A stretch of 63,740 nt of DNA, filler included, from Asterionella formosa (Eukaryota), in the NCBI GenBank assembly GCA_002256025.1. It is 20 parts of 20 records of this genome, joined end to end, with 100 filler letters (N's around TTAATTAATTAA, not from the genome) between each part and the next. Parts side by side here need not be neighbours in the genome. Positions count along the whole stretch, not along the records: positions 9,338 to 29,181 come from NKIB01003514.1; positions 29,282 to 30,514 come from NKIB01003515.1; positions 30,615 to 31,847 come from NKIB01003516.1; positions 31,948 to 33,180 come from NKIB01003517.1; 16 more parts are not named here. The stretch is one strand, 5' to 3'. The notes under the pieces are model-generated. The model was given only the letters and a program-made list of their open reading frames with translations, made no database searches and was not told where the DNA came from. A program made the translations under genes and the position numbers. Below, piece by piece: positions 21,921 through 33,023 of this stretch (position 1 is the first letter of the stretch; each line of letters opens with the position of its first letter).

Positions 21921-23591
21921 ATGCTGTTGAAACGTCCTCGAGCTTGTACGACAACAGCCATGGACGATGATTCGCAAGCCAACACGATGAAGCTAGCAAC
22001 AAACACAATTCAGTCATCATCATCATCAGTACGGAAGAGACTTGTCGATGGACCAAAGCAGAAACGGGGAGGAATGCAACTGATCCGACGATCCACCCAC
22101 AGCAGCAGCAGCAGCATCAATGACCCTCAAAGGCGTGTCATACCCCTCCTCATTGCCATTATTGTCGGCCTCACTCTGGTGCTGAATCGCTTTCAATCTG
22201 ATGTCATTCTGGCAACCATGGAGCAATCTCTCGTCCGCTACCGTCAGGAACCATTTATCATTTCCGCTGTCCTGGTCGATAATAACATTTCGGACATTTT
22301 TGGAACAGCTCCCATTGACTTTCCCGGACCAGAGTGGCACCCCACAGAACGCAGCGACCGCTTCCCCTCGGTAGAAGCGAGAATTCAGTTGTACATGTCC
22401 AATTGGTACCAACCGCCCTGCAATCGCAAGACACAAATTGACTACACCTTATCGCGGGACAATGAAACCTTTCCAACACTCACGTATACTGGTCCCATTG
22501 ATGATATTGTTTTGACGGAATACAAGAGCATTGTCGCTCCTGATGCGAAAATATTGTTGGAAGAAGAGACAATGGCGGATTGTGGACGAACGCCCTTGAT
22601 GGAAGGAAACGAAGGGTTTGACATGTTGGAAAAATTTCCACGCACGGAAAAGAGGATTTTTAGGCGTAGCAATTTATGGAACTATTGCAAAGATTCGATT
22701 GAGATAATTGCCATTACCAAGCAGTTGACTCGCAACAAGTACAGTCCCATTCTTCTTCAAATGGGGGATGAAAAGTCACTGTCCTTGTCCATGCCAGTCA
22801 TTGCCAAATATCGAGGACGAATGCCTCGGAAGGAATTGGAACGAGTCTCAGACCCGAGCACATGTGCCGATCGACCACATGCCACTACCGCCATGGGCAA
22901 AGGGGTGGGCTTTGACGGATTTGCACCCATTGTTTGGAATCTCAATAGTGAACGACACTTTGGAATGTTGGAACAAGCATGGAGAGAAGACATACCATGG
23001 AAGGACAAGATATTGGGAACCTTGTGGAGAGGGTTTATGACTGGCCGCATGGATGATGCGGAGCAAGCGACTGAATTGGAGCAATGCAATTCCAATACTC
23101 GTTGTAGATTTGTTTATGAAGCAAATCGAATGAAATCACCGTTGATTGACGCTAAGTTGATTGGGATGTATCCAGGATACAAGGGCGGTAAGTCCTGCAA
23201 TGGCGTTCAGTTGGTGGAAAATGTCACTTCGTTTGCTGAAATGCAATCGTACAAGGTCATTTTGTCCTTGGAAGGAAATGATGTAAGTTCAGCACTCAAA
23301 TGGAATTTGTTAAGTAATTCTGTAGTGTTGATGCCTCCCCCTACCAAGACATCGTGGGCAATGGAAGAATTGTTGGAACCATGGGTTCACTACATTCCAG
23401 TTCATGCAAATCTAAGTAACTTGGAAGAACAGATTCGTTGGGTGGGGAACAATGATGATTTTGCTCGACGTATTGCCGAACGTGCCACCTTGTTTATGTA
23501 CGACTTGTGGATCTCGCCGGAAGCACAATTGGAAAATCTGCAAGTCAAGTACGGAATTTTAGATCGATACAGGAATCTTTGGCGTCCTTGA
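21921..23591 (+). CDS. Glycosyltransferase family 90 (CAP10/KDELC/LpsA-like), type II membrane protein
   Basis: Single N-terminal TM (VIPLLIAIIVGLTLVL). C-terminal GT90 motifs PWKDK..TLWRG and YKVILSLEGNDVSSALKWNLLSNSVVLMPPP...EELLEPWVHYIPV. Confidence 0.88.
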   Translation: MLLKRPRACTTTAMDDDSQANTMKLATNTIQSSSSSVRKRLVDGPKQKRGGMQLIRRSTHSSSSSINDPQRRVIPLLIAIIVGLTLVLNRFQSDVILATMEQSLVRYRQEPFIISAVLVDNNISDIFGTAPIDFPGPEWHPTERSDRFPSVEARIQLYMSNWYQPPCNRKTQIDYTLSRDNETFPTLTYTGPIDDIVLTEYKSIVAPDAKILLEEETMADCGRTPLMEGNEGFDMLEKFPRTEKRIFRRSNLWNYCKDSIEIIAITKQLTRNKYSPILLQMGDEKSLSLSMPVIAKYRGRMPRKELERVSDPSTCADRPHATTAMGKGVGFDGFAPIVWNLNSERHFGMLEQAWREDIPWKDKILGTLWRGFMTGRMDDAEQATELEQCNSNTRCRFVYEANRMKSPLIDAKLIGMYPGYKGGKSCNGVQLVENVTSFAEMQSYKVILSLEGNDVSSALKWNLLSNSVVLMPPPTKTSWAMEELLEPWVHYIPVHANLSNLEEQIRWVGNNDDFARRIAERATLFMYDLWISPEAQLENLQVKYGILDRYRNLWRP

Positions 23592-24307
23592 ACACTGTAA
23601 GATTCTATATTGATCCAAAACTATATATATATTTAAAATGTTATACATGACGAATACTGGACTTTACTTTAAAGGTCGACAACAATTTGTAGTTGCGTTA
23701 CCTGCAGCAATCATGCGTTGAGATGGAGACTTGTCCTTCATTCTCTGAAAGTTTGTGCGCACCGAGCTCAACATTGAAATTGGTATTGCCATCATGGATT
23801 ATTGCCTACCGATACCTGTGCCACATGACTTTCATTTACGTTCATCGTCAAGAGGAAAATTGAAGTCGGTATGCTAAATGGCACCTTCATTATTTTTTAA
23901 ATACAATTTTTCTTTCCGGAACGCGATGTCTAATACCGGTACTTCATGTCCGTGCCTTACTTATGTCGCTCTTGTATATGTCACATTATATGGATTCCTC
24001 CACAGTGATTTTCATCGATTCTATTAGCTACACATATGTAGTGTCTGTTGGTACGTCTTGCGATCCTTGCGAGTATGTGACGTGTATTGGCCGCTCCATA
24101 CCACAGAAGGAGAAAAGAATCCCAAAACATATACGTAATGGCACATAAGGGTCGCCACCACACAGAAGAGAGCAACGTATGTGTTTCTTCATCGTCACTT
24201 TTTTTATTTTGTTCTTCATACATTTCTTCCAAGGAGAATTTTATATCACGAGCTGATTGAAGTCAGTCATTCATCGCGGTTGGTCTAGCAGATATACTTT
24301 TAATACC

Positions 24308-25713
24308 ATGATGATTTCCTTGTCTACTACCCTCGTGATCTTGTTGATGCCCACCACAGGAGCATTTGCTCCGATTCGCATCAGTACTGCTCCAAGATTC
24401 GCCACATTCCAACAGGCATCGGATAAGCCCCTCACGGAACTATGTGAGATTACCAAGGAGGCCTGCGATGCAGTCGCTCCCATGTTGAGTGGTAAGTTGG
24501 ATGTGTCGTTGACGGCATGAACGATACCACACGAGATGGACGCGTGTGGTGGTTTTCTTTGCACCCGAACCAGATCACAACATGACCATTCGAATGACCA
24601 CAAGTTCGATAGATACACGTACATAATCTTAGTACTTTGACTAACAGAAACGATTTTTCATTGCTCTTCCTCCAAACAGAACTATATTCACAAATTAAAA
24701 TCGGAACAGGTACTTCCGACACGGCAGCCTTCAAGTCAGATGCCACCTTCTTCACCATTGCGGACGGTATTGTCCAGCATATGTTCATTGAGTACTTATT
24801 CGCTGGCAACAAGTTTCATGAAATTGTCGGGGAGGAAGATGACTCCGTCGTTAACATTATCGAAACACCATTCAAGGTGGACGATTTGGTTGTTCCAGAA
24901 GAGTTTGAAGAGCTCATTAGGACTACGCTTGAAAAAATCAAGGCCCTCGCCGCACGCATCGATTCAGAAGCATACTCTGATATGACCATTTTCCTCGATC
25001 CCATTGACGGGACAAGAGAATTCGCCACCGGAAAGGGCGACAAGGTTACCATTCTTGTGGGGTACAACGATGCAGAGGGCATCCCGCAAGCTGGCATTGT
25101 GTATCGTCCACTCACAGTACCTGCCACATGGGCTTCCGGTGCCAAAAGCGAAGGTTTCACTGCAGGTGTCTTGGACTTGCCTGACGAACCCAACCCCAAG
25201 GGCGTTCTTATCACTGACGGAAAAGTGTCTCCATTTATTAAAAGTACCATTGAGAATTCAGGAATGAACATGGTTCCTTCGTTGGCATCTGGCAACCGTG
25301 TGCTCATGTTGGTTGAAGGCAAGGCCGGTGCTTACATTCGTGACACTGGAGGCTTTGCTAAATGGGACACATCGGGACCACAAGCAGTCTTGGAAGCCTA
25401 TGGTGGAGTCATGGCCAAATTGCCAGCGTTTTTGGCTGACAAGACGATGATCTCGTACACACACAAAAAGACATCATTGAATTTGGACTTTGGCAAGCGA
25501 TGCGTGGGGTTGACGTTGTCGAATGCCCGAGACAAGCGCATGTTTATTCCTGGACTTGAGTCAATAGTTACAGATGTGCATCTGTTGAAGGAGTATAGTT
25601 GTGTACAGGGGCTGGTGGCACTGGCGCCCACCAAAATGGAGGCGTTTTATCTGAATGCCATTCATAGTGCCATGAACAATATCAAGAAGGATTCTCCGCC
25701 AATGTACACTTAA
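24308..25713 (+). CDS. Inositol monophosphatase / 3'(2'),5'-bisphosphate nucleotidase family, plastid-targeted (exons 24308-24491, 24680-25713)
   Basis: FTIAD, IVGEE, LDPIDGTREF and KWD motifs. The GT-AG intron 24492-24679 keeps frame (G|AA). Signal peptide ends in TGA-FAP. Confidence 0.88.
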
Positions 25714-26012
25714 GGAGCTCTTTTACCTCCAGTTACAACCATAATAGCAGAAAATCATATTTTAGAAAATGAATTTGCGTTTTGTCACTGTTGTCTTGAG
25801 AAGTTCAGATATCTACCTACTATAATGAGTTTTACATATGAAAAACACAAAAAATTAAGTGAATACCGGTACTTGCATATCATATTATGACTTGACGATA
25901 TATGAAACCCATCGCACAACAACCATCATACATCATGTATACCGGTACATACTTGCCTTTTGAGAATCAACTCCTTATACATACATGTCTGCCTGTATGT
26001 ATTCTCCCTCGT

Positions 26013-26684
26013 TTACGATTGCCTTCCCCCCGTAATTTGCACTGCAATCCCTCTTGACTTTGGTCCATCCATATCAATTGCCAAAATGCTTTGATACTTT
26101 CCTTTTTTCATGCTTCCTTCACTAATGGGAATACATTCTGATGTCCCCAACATCATGGCAATCAAATGCGAATGTGTATTGACAGGTTGAGTCCTACGAA
26201 AGGCTCTCCATGCCTCATTCCCACCTGGCCAATCGTCAGGTCCAACCCGATAGTCCAAGTCGTTGTGAAGATACGGCAAATGAGATGGCACCAATGTTAA
26301 AAAGTATTGACGAATGTCATCCACAAGTCTGCCCTCCATTTCATTGATCGAAATCGACAAGGTGGAGTGTTTGGACAGAACAGTGACTGTCCCTTCTTGA
26401 CATTTGCTTTTGGCAACAATGGCTTCAATTTGTGAAGTAATGTCAAAGACTGACATGCCATGATCAGTGGAAAGTTGAATTTCTTCATAGTGCGTCATGA
26501 ATTCCATTGTCATTTGCAACTTTGTTGTTGTTGTTGTTGTTGTGGAGGAAGAGAAGGAGGACGAGGACGACATGATGGAGGAATAACGAGCTGAGGGCAA
26601 CGCAGTAAATGCGACTGTACCAAGTGGACCCAAGACCATCATGGCGGTTAGCATAGCAAGAAGTGGTACAGACGATACCATCAT
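26013..26684 (-). CDS. YjbQ/UPF0047 family protein, plastid-targeted
   Basis: DIT..I..IV, GTVTVLSKHSTLSISINE, YLHND, NTHSHL and GKYQSILAIDMDGPKSR. Signal peptide ends in TVA-F, followed by an S/T-rich transit peptide. Confidence 0.88.
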   Translation of the reverse strand: MMVSSVPLLAMLTAMMVLGPLGTVAFTALPSARYSSIMSSSSSFSSSTTTTTTTKLQMTMEFMTHYEEIQLSTDHGMSVFDITSQIEAIVAKSKCQEGTVTVLSKHSTLSISINEMEGRLVDDIRQYFLTLVPSHLPYLHNDLDYRVGPDDWPGGNEAWRAFRRTQPVNTHSHLIAMMLGTSECIPISEGSMKKGKYQSILAIDMDGPKSRGIAVQITGGRQS

Positions 26685-27514
26685 AGTCTATTTATATTGA
26701 CGTTTGTTGGGATCTCTGTAATGGTTTTCAAAGAAAGGTGGAGTGAAGTCCCTTGTCCCATTCAGAGTATTATTTTGTGAGAATGATGATTTCATCAGAC
26801 ATGACGTACATAGCGGTAAGAAAATCATCCAACAAAATATGTTTCATCATGTGCGTAGAAAACGCAGACATGACGTATACAATTCACATTGTACTGTAAT
26901 ACTGGTGGTAAGAAATAAAGAAAGGCACAGCCAACAAGCGAATCCAGGCCAAGTGCTACAGCGCTATACGTACTATAAGCATACTGGTCCTGGTATGATG
27001 TATGATCTACGACTATCGTCATCACGTGCGTGAGTTCCTGTTGGCGTCTGCAATGCGTCGGCTTGATCGATCTTGTGTTCCTATGAGGGAACAATGCATT
27101 CGATGTGGATATAAATAGCGGTCAACAGTAAACACCGGCAGTACTGTACTCATCAGTGAACGAACTGGCCGCACGACGAAGGATTACACAGTTATTTAGG
27201 GAATATCTCCTGATATTGCAATATTCCTACTGGTGTATGAAAGGCTATCTTAAGGTATACTATGTAGGGGGCACCAGAGCAAGTTGAGGTAAATGAAAAA
27301 TTTAGTTTGGTTTCCCTAATAGTAAAAACCGTCTTCTACCGCAACCCCTTGGTACCATTGCTGGGAAGCAAACTGCTGTTCCGGTCCGCTCGTCACTACC
27401 GGTACTGAAACAGCAGCGCCACGTGAAACAAGCCAACATAAAATAATCACACTGGCGGTGATTGTCGTTCGCTCGTTACCGATAGGTAACAATTTCAATA
27501 TCATCCCCATCACC

Positions 27515-29145
27515 ATGACGGACGTTTGCGAGACTGCCATTCTCCAGTACTTGGACACTGATAACACCAATACTGGTACTGGTGGTGCCACTATCATTGA
27601 AGACACGTACCCCTGGTCATTGAGTCAAGGATTAAATCACAAGGACGTGGTGGGGGCCGTCAAGTCCTTGTTGGTGGAAGAGTATGTCACGTCGCAAGAT
27701 GTGGTGTGGAGCTACTACACCTTGTCCGCAGAAGCCGAATCCATCGTGGCGCAAGGGACACAGGAAATGAGGGTGCTTCAAGTGCTCAACGAGGAGTCGT
27801 CGCGGAGCATGACAATGCCGGAATTGCAAGCCAAGGTGGGAATGGAGGTTTCCAAAATCGGCATGGGCAACTGTATGAAGAACCAGTGGGTCAAGAAGGA
27901 GGGACCGAATCTCGTTCCGCTCAAAACCATGGATGAAGTCACGGACACTGTCAGAGAGGAACTGCAATCGATTCTTGCCAAGGACGGAGCTCCGGATGCT
28001 TTGGACGAAAAGGTATGTTTCTGTTATGTCACTGCTACGGTGGGGCATTGTCTTACCTAGAATACCGGGTAGACTGCTCACTATCAAATGCACATACTCT
28101 CTCGTACTTTTCATAGGCATTGGCAAGTCTCAAACGAAGAAAGCTCATTACCTTGGTCACCCGCAAATCATTGTCAGTGGCCAAGGGCCCCGCCTACTCC
28201 CCCGTTCGCATCAAAAAGGCAGCTGACTTGACTAAGGAAATGTTGGATTCTGGAGCCTGGAAGACGACGCCCTTTAAGCCGTACAACTTTTTGACCTTGG
28301 GAGAAAAGGTCGGAGGGGGATACCTTCACCCACTTTTAAAAGTTAGGGCTGAATTTAGAAAGATTTTGATGCAAATGGGCTTTTCGGAAATGCCCACCAA
28401 CAAATGGGTGGAATCCTCCTTTTGGAACTTTGACACGCTCTTTCAACCACAATCACATCCAGCAAGAGATGCGCATGATACCTTTTTTATTAAAGAACCT
28501 GCGGTTACGCTGTCAGTCCCTGAAGAATATTACGAAAGGGTCAAGTCCATGCATGAAGTGGGTGGGGCCGGCTCCATTGGATATAGATATGACTTCAAGC
28601 GAGAGGAAGCATTCAAGAATCTATTGCGGACTCACACAACGGCCATTTCATCGCAAATGCTATACAAACTTGCCAATCAAGAGGGAGGCTTCCAACCAGC
28701 AAAATACTTTTCCATTGATAGAGTCTTTCGGAATGAAACCATGGATGCGACCCATCTATGTGAGTTTCATCAAGTGGAAGGGCTGGTGGCAGACTATGAT
28801 TTGAGCTTGGGAGATTTAATTGGAACCATTGAAACCTTTTTCAACAAAATCGGAATTACCCAACTTAGATTCAAGCCTGCCTTCAATCCCTATACCGAAC
28901 CATCCATGGAGATTTTTGGGTACCATCCTATTTTGAAAAAATGGACTGAAATTGGAAATTCCGGCATGTTTCGGCCTGAAATGTTGGTCCCCATGGGCTT
29001 GCCGCCAAACGTCAGAGTCATTGCATGGGGATTGTCCTTGGAACGTCCTACCATGATCAAGTACAAGATTGACAATATCAGAGATCTCTTTGGACACAAG
29101 GTGGAAATGGCACGAACACGAACGGCACCAGTCTGCCGCTTTTAA
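27515..29145 (+). CDS. FARSA: Cytosolic phenylalanyl-tRNA synthetase alpha subunit (exons 27515-28012, 28117-29145)
   Basis: [65 protein letters not shown] and [14 protein letters not shown]. In-frame GT-AG intron 28013-28116. Confidence 0.97.
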
Positions 29146-31399
29146 GGTAAAGAAGTCAGAATGAAAAAGTAGACAATGGGTNNNNNNNNNNNNNNNNNNN
29201 NNNNNNNNNNNNNNNNNNNNNNNNNTTAATTAATTAANNNNNNNNNNNNNNNNNNNNNNNNNNNNNNNNNNNNNNNNNNNNTATTCCAGATACATCAAAG
29301 AATAGCTACGCTCCTGTCTTCAAAGGTAAGGAACTAGTACGATGACAAAGAAAATCTAATGAGACATGAAAATTACGAAACCAGAATCACTCTGTTACTA
29401 TAAATAGACGGCACAGTCTCATGCTTCTTTGTGCATATCGCCTGCTATGCTGCGTTTCAATTCTAGATGTATTACGTTCTTGTTAGAGAGACAATGCTAC
29501 TAAAGAGAAGTAGATTGTGCAGTTCTATAATGGATGTGGTTTAGCTATGATTGAGTTTATAACACTGATTGATGCTCTGGTGAAAGACCGATCGGAAATA
29601 TTCGTCTTGTGTGATGAGCCATTTCGTTTTCATTGGATTTCTTTTCAAGCTCTTAACGGATTGCATAGTACAAACATACTGTGCAATGTAGATGATGATT
29701 CATCGAAGACATATGATGACTTGAACTACAAATGAAGATTTTATCGCAAACATTCGTTCCTCTCGACATGGCTGGTTTGTCGTTGTTGCAAGAATCAGAG
29801 CGAGGACTGGAGAGGATGATGAGCCAAACCACATTACTTTAACTGGTACATTATCCTACCAAGTAATTTAAATAGAAGAAATTAAAAGAAACATTACATA
29901 TAACAATTAAATTTCCATAGTCAAAAGGGTTACTATTTAAATTACAAAGGCATTCTTTATCAAAATTATTAGATGATATAACGAAAAATTATGATCAGAT
30001 GATCACAATCCTATGATGCATCATGGAAATATGATAGTTTTTATTTGCAGACGTTTCTTAAATGGTCACTGAAATATTTTGTACGTTGTCTTGGTTGGTT
30101 CTGTTTTATACCTCACACTTCATGAATTGAGGTATTGAACTTTAGGAATGTTTCTTTCACTATCAACATTGCCTGCTGATAGCAAAAGTAAATGATTTAT
30201 AATTTAATTGCAGTCAATTCAATAATGTTTATCCTTTTTGAGCATTACTAGTAGTAAATTCACTTGTTCAAATAAAATAATGGATCTCATAAGTCAGTGA
30301 ATCTCAACAAATGCTACTACCAAGAAGTTCAATGGTGATGAGAATGGCAGGTGAGTTTTGTTAAAAAGTGTTTGCCATGATCATACTGATGCCCTTTTCT
30401 ACCATACCAACACTGCTCACACCACATGGCCATTAGAGTGTACTTTTTTGATTTTGGTGAACTTGAAAGTGTAAAAGGCGAACAGCAAATCAAATAGTTG
30501 CAGCATGTGGAGGCNNNNNNNNNNNNNNNNNNNNNNNNNNNNNNNNNNNNNNNNNNNNTTAATTAATTAANNNNNNNNNNNNNNNNNNNNNNNNNNNNNN
30601 NNNNNNNNNNNNNNTTATGCAATATTCGCTCTCCAGCCATTCAGAATGACTACACTGTAGTGTATTAAATATAGAAAAAGCATAATCTAAGCTAAATAAT
30701 TACATTCTAGTGCCTATGTGGGCTACCTCAGGTACCCTGTAGCTACATGAATCCATCAAAAGGTGTATGATATATTGCATGTTTCATGGGCAATACATTG
30801 CCTACTTCACCTTATGTTTACCGGTATGTTGTATCATCATTAACTACAGTGTTATGTTGGTATGCGGCTGTGATGGCATTTGGGTTGAAATGATGACATC
30901 ACACATCAAGGGAAATTGATACTTTAATCAAAATGGTCAAACATTAAGCAAATCCTAGCTACTATGGTACCAACTGGCAGAATAAGTAAAAAGATCCTAG
31001 GTCTCAATATTGTAGGCTAAATCAGATTAAAGTTACAGACAATTCCAATCAACCAGGTGGTCAGGTGGTTTATTAAATGAAAAATCAAAAGAGATACAGA
31101 TGAATCAATTTGGAATTGGAATCACTATTGCCAGCACGATGACGTATGTAGCACTAAAGTTTGGATACTGCTCGTTTAGCAAAATTACCGCAACTTGCCG
31201 GTAAGCTGAGTACCAGGTGAAGTATCTAACTAGAAGTAGTAGTATTTGTTGAATATATGAGCTTATTTGTTAATCCTTGTGTGTAACTCGTTCTCCAAGT
31301 CGACACCAAAGTATACAATGAGGGTTAGTCGAGTTCTCTCATTATTGAGTTCTGATACATATATGATATAACACTAACCCTATATACATCTGTATTGAT

Positions 31400-31847
31400 G
31401 CGCAAGATCGCTCACTCTCCCACACCAAGGGAAAACCTTTTACCTTTGAAAAGGTTTGATGTAATGGATATTAATTCGTTCCGTTGTATGCATAGTTTGT
31501 TGAAAAGTAACTGTACCATAGGATTCGATAGTGATGTAGGAATAACAATACGTCAAGTATCTCCTGGATTCTTTACAAAATACATGAAATGTATATGATG
31601 AAAATTGATAGAGGGAAAATTTAACAGATGTGTTTGGTTTGTTGATTGAGAATGAGATGAGTTGTTTGATTGAGAATCAATTGTATATCCAGCAATTGTC
31701 TATCATGTATTGAGTAATATTCCAGAGGATATTGAATATTGTCTGCCAAAATTGGATGATTGAGGGAACAGGTAAACAAAGGTTCATCATCTACTTCAAT
31801 TGAGAAAGTAGAAATGGATGTTGATGCTGAAGATTTCGGTCCAATAT
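31400..31847 (-). mobile_element. Degenerate LTR retrotransposon (gypsy-like) pol fragment
   Basis: Minus-strand EVDDEPLFTCSLNHP...QYPLEY..IHDRQ resembles the RNase H-integrase linker of diatom gypsy elements. Many stops. Confidence 0.35.
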
Positions 31848-31999
31848 NNNNNNNNNNNNNNNNNNNNNNNNNNNNNNNNNNNNNNNNNNNNTTAATTAAT
31901 TAANNNNNNNNNNNNNNNNNNNNNNNNNNNNNNNNNNNNNNNNNNNNGCCAGTTAAATTCATAAAAGCAATATTATGATAACTACCGGGTAGGTATGCC

Positions 32000-32350
32000 A
32001 GAACATATGGTGTTCTGTTGCTCGCTTATTACTCCGACTATTGGTTTTTAGTTTTACGATCATACAATCCTAGAACTATGATGATTTATTGTCCCACGGT
32101 AGCTAGTAGCAACAGTCCTGAATATATGGTATTCCATTGGTTTTTAGTTTTACGATGATATGATCCTAAAATTATGATGATTTACTGTCCCACTGCAGTA
32201 GCAACAGTCATGAACATATGGTGTTCTTTTGGATCATAATTTTACGATCATAAAATCCTAAAACTATGATGATTTACTGTCCCACTGCAGTAGCAACAGT
32301 CCTGAACATATGGTGTTCTGTTGCTAGTTTACCGGTACTACTCCGACTAC
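32000..32350. repeat. ~92-96-bp tandem repeat, ~3.5 copies
   Basis: Unit TTTTACGAT.ATA..ATCCTA.AA.TATGATGATTTA.TGTCCCAC...GTAGCAACAGTC.TGAA.ATATGGT recurs at ~32041, 32137 and 32229. Confidence 0.88.
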
Positions 32351-32779
32351 CCCCAGTATATCACTTACTACCTGCTACTGGTACCCTGTATGTATAAATG
32401 ATACATTGTTATTGTCATATGATGTACCGGTACACATGAAGAGCTCCCGCCCAAAAAAGGGGCATTTGAACGGTCTAAATAATTAGTTTCAACAGACGTA
32501 GAAAATATCGATGCAAACAAATTTCAGAGATAATACTGGTACACGTAGTCGTGGAAAACAATGGACATATAGTGCATTGAGTATTTTCGAATTATGTATA
32601 TGCGAGTATGGCCATCTCAACCATATCAGATGTTCCATATCGAGAGAGCCTTTGAATTTTATAAAATGTATTACGCTATATATATATATATATATATATA
32701 TATTTACAAATTTTATTAGTATATTCATGGCCAGTATATTTTTCAAATCGTTCTGTCATGTTAACAAACAATGCCTGCT

Positions 32780-33023
32780 ACTTCATGAAAAGATACGTCG
32801 TACTAGTAAAGCACATGACAAGAAAAGAAATTTTTTGCAATACATGACGAAAAACATTGTGACTTCGACACATTGCGCCTTCGAAGGATGGAGAATGTTT
32901 AAGGTAATATAATGAAGCCATCAATGTGGTAGCTACTTGGATGACAATCGTTGGGAGGCAGGACAACAACAAATTGTTAACTAAACGCAGCCACATTTCC
33001 TTTTTTCTCAGTTGATTAAACAG
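32780..33023. repeat. Dispersed repeat shared with 3660-3902
   Basis: Near-identical to 3660-3902, with small insertions at TA sites. Confidence 0.88.
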
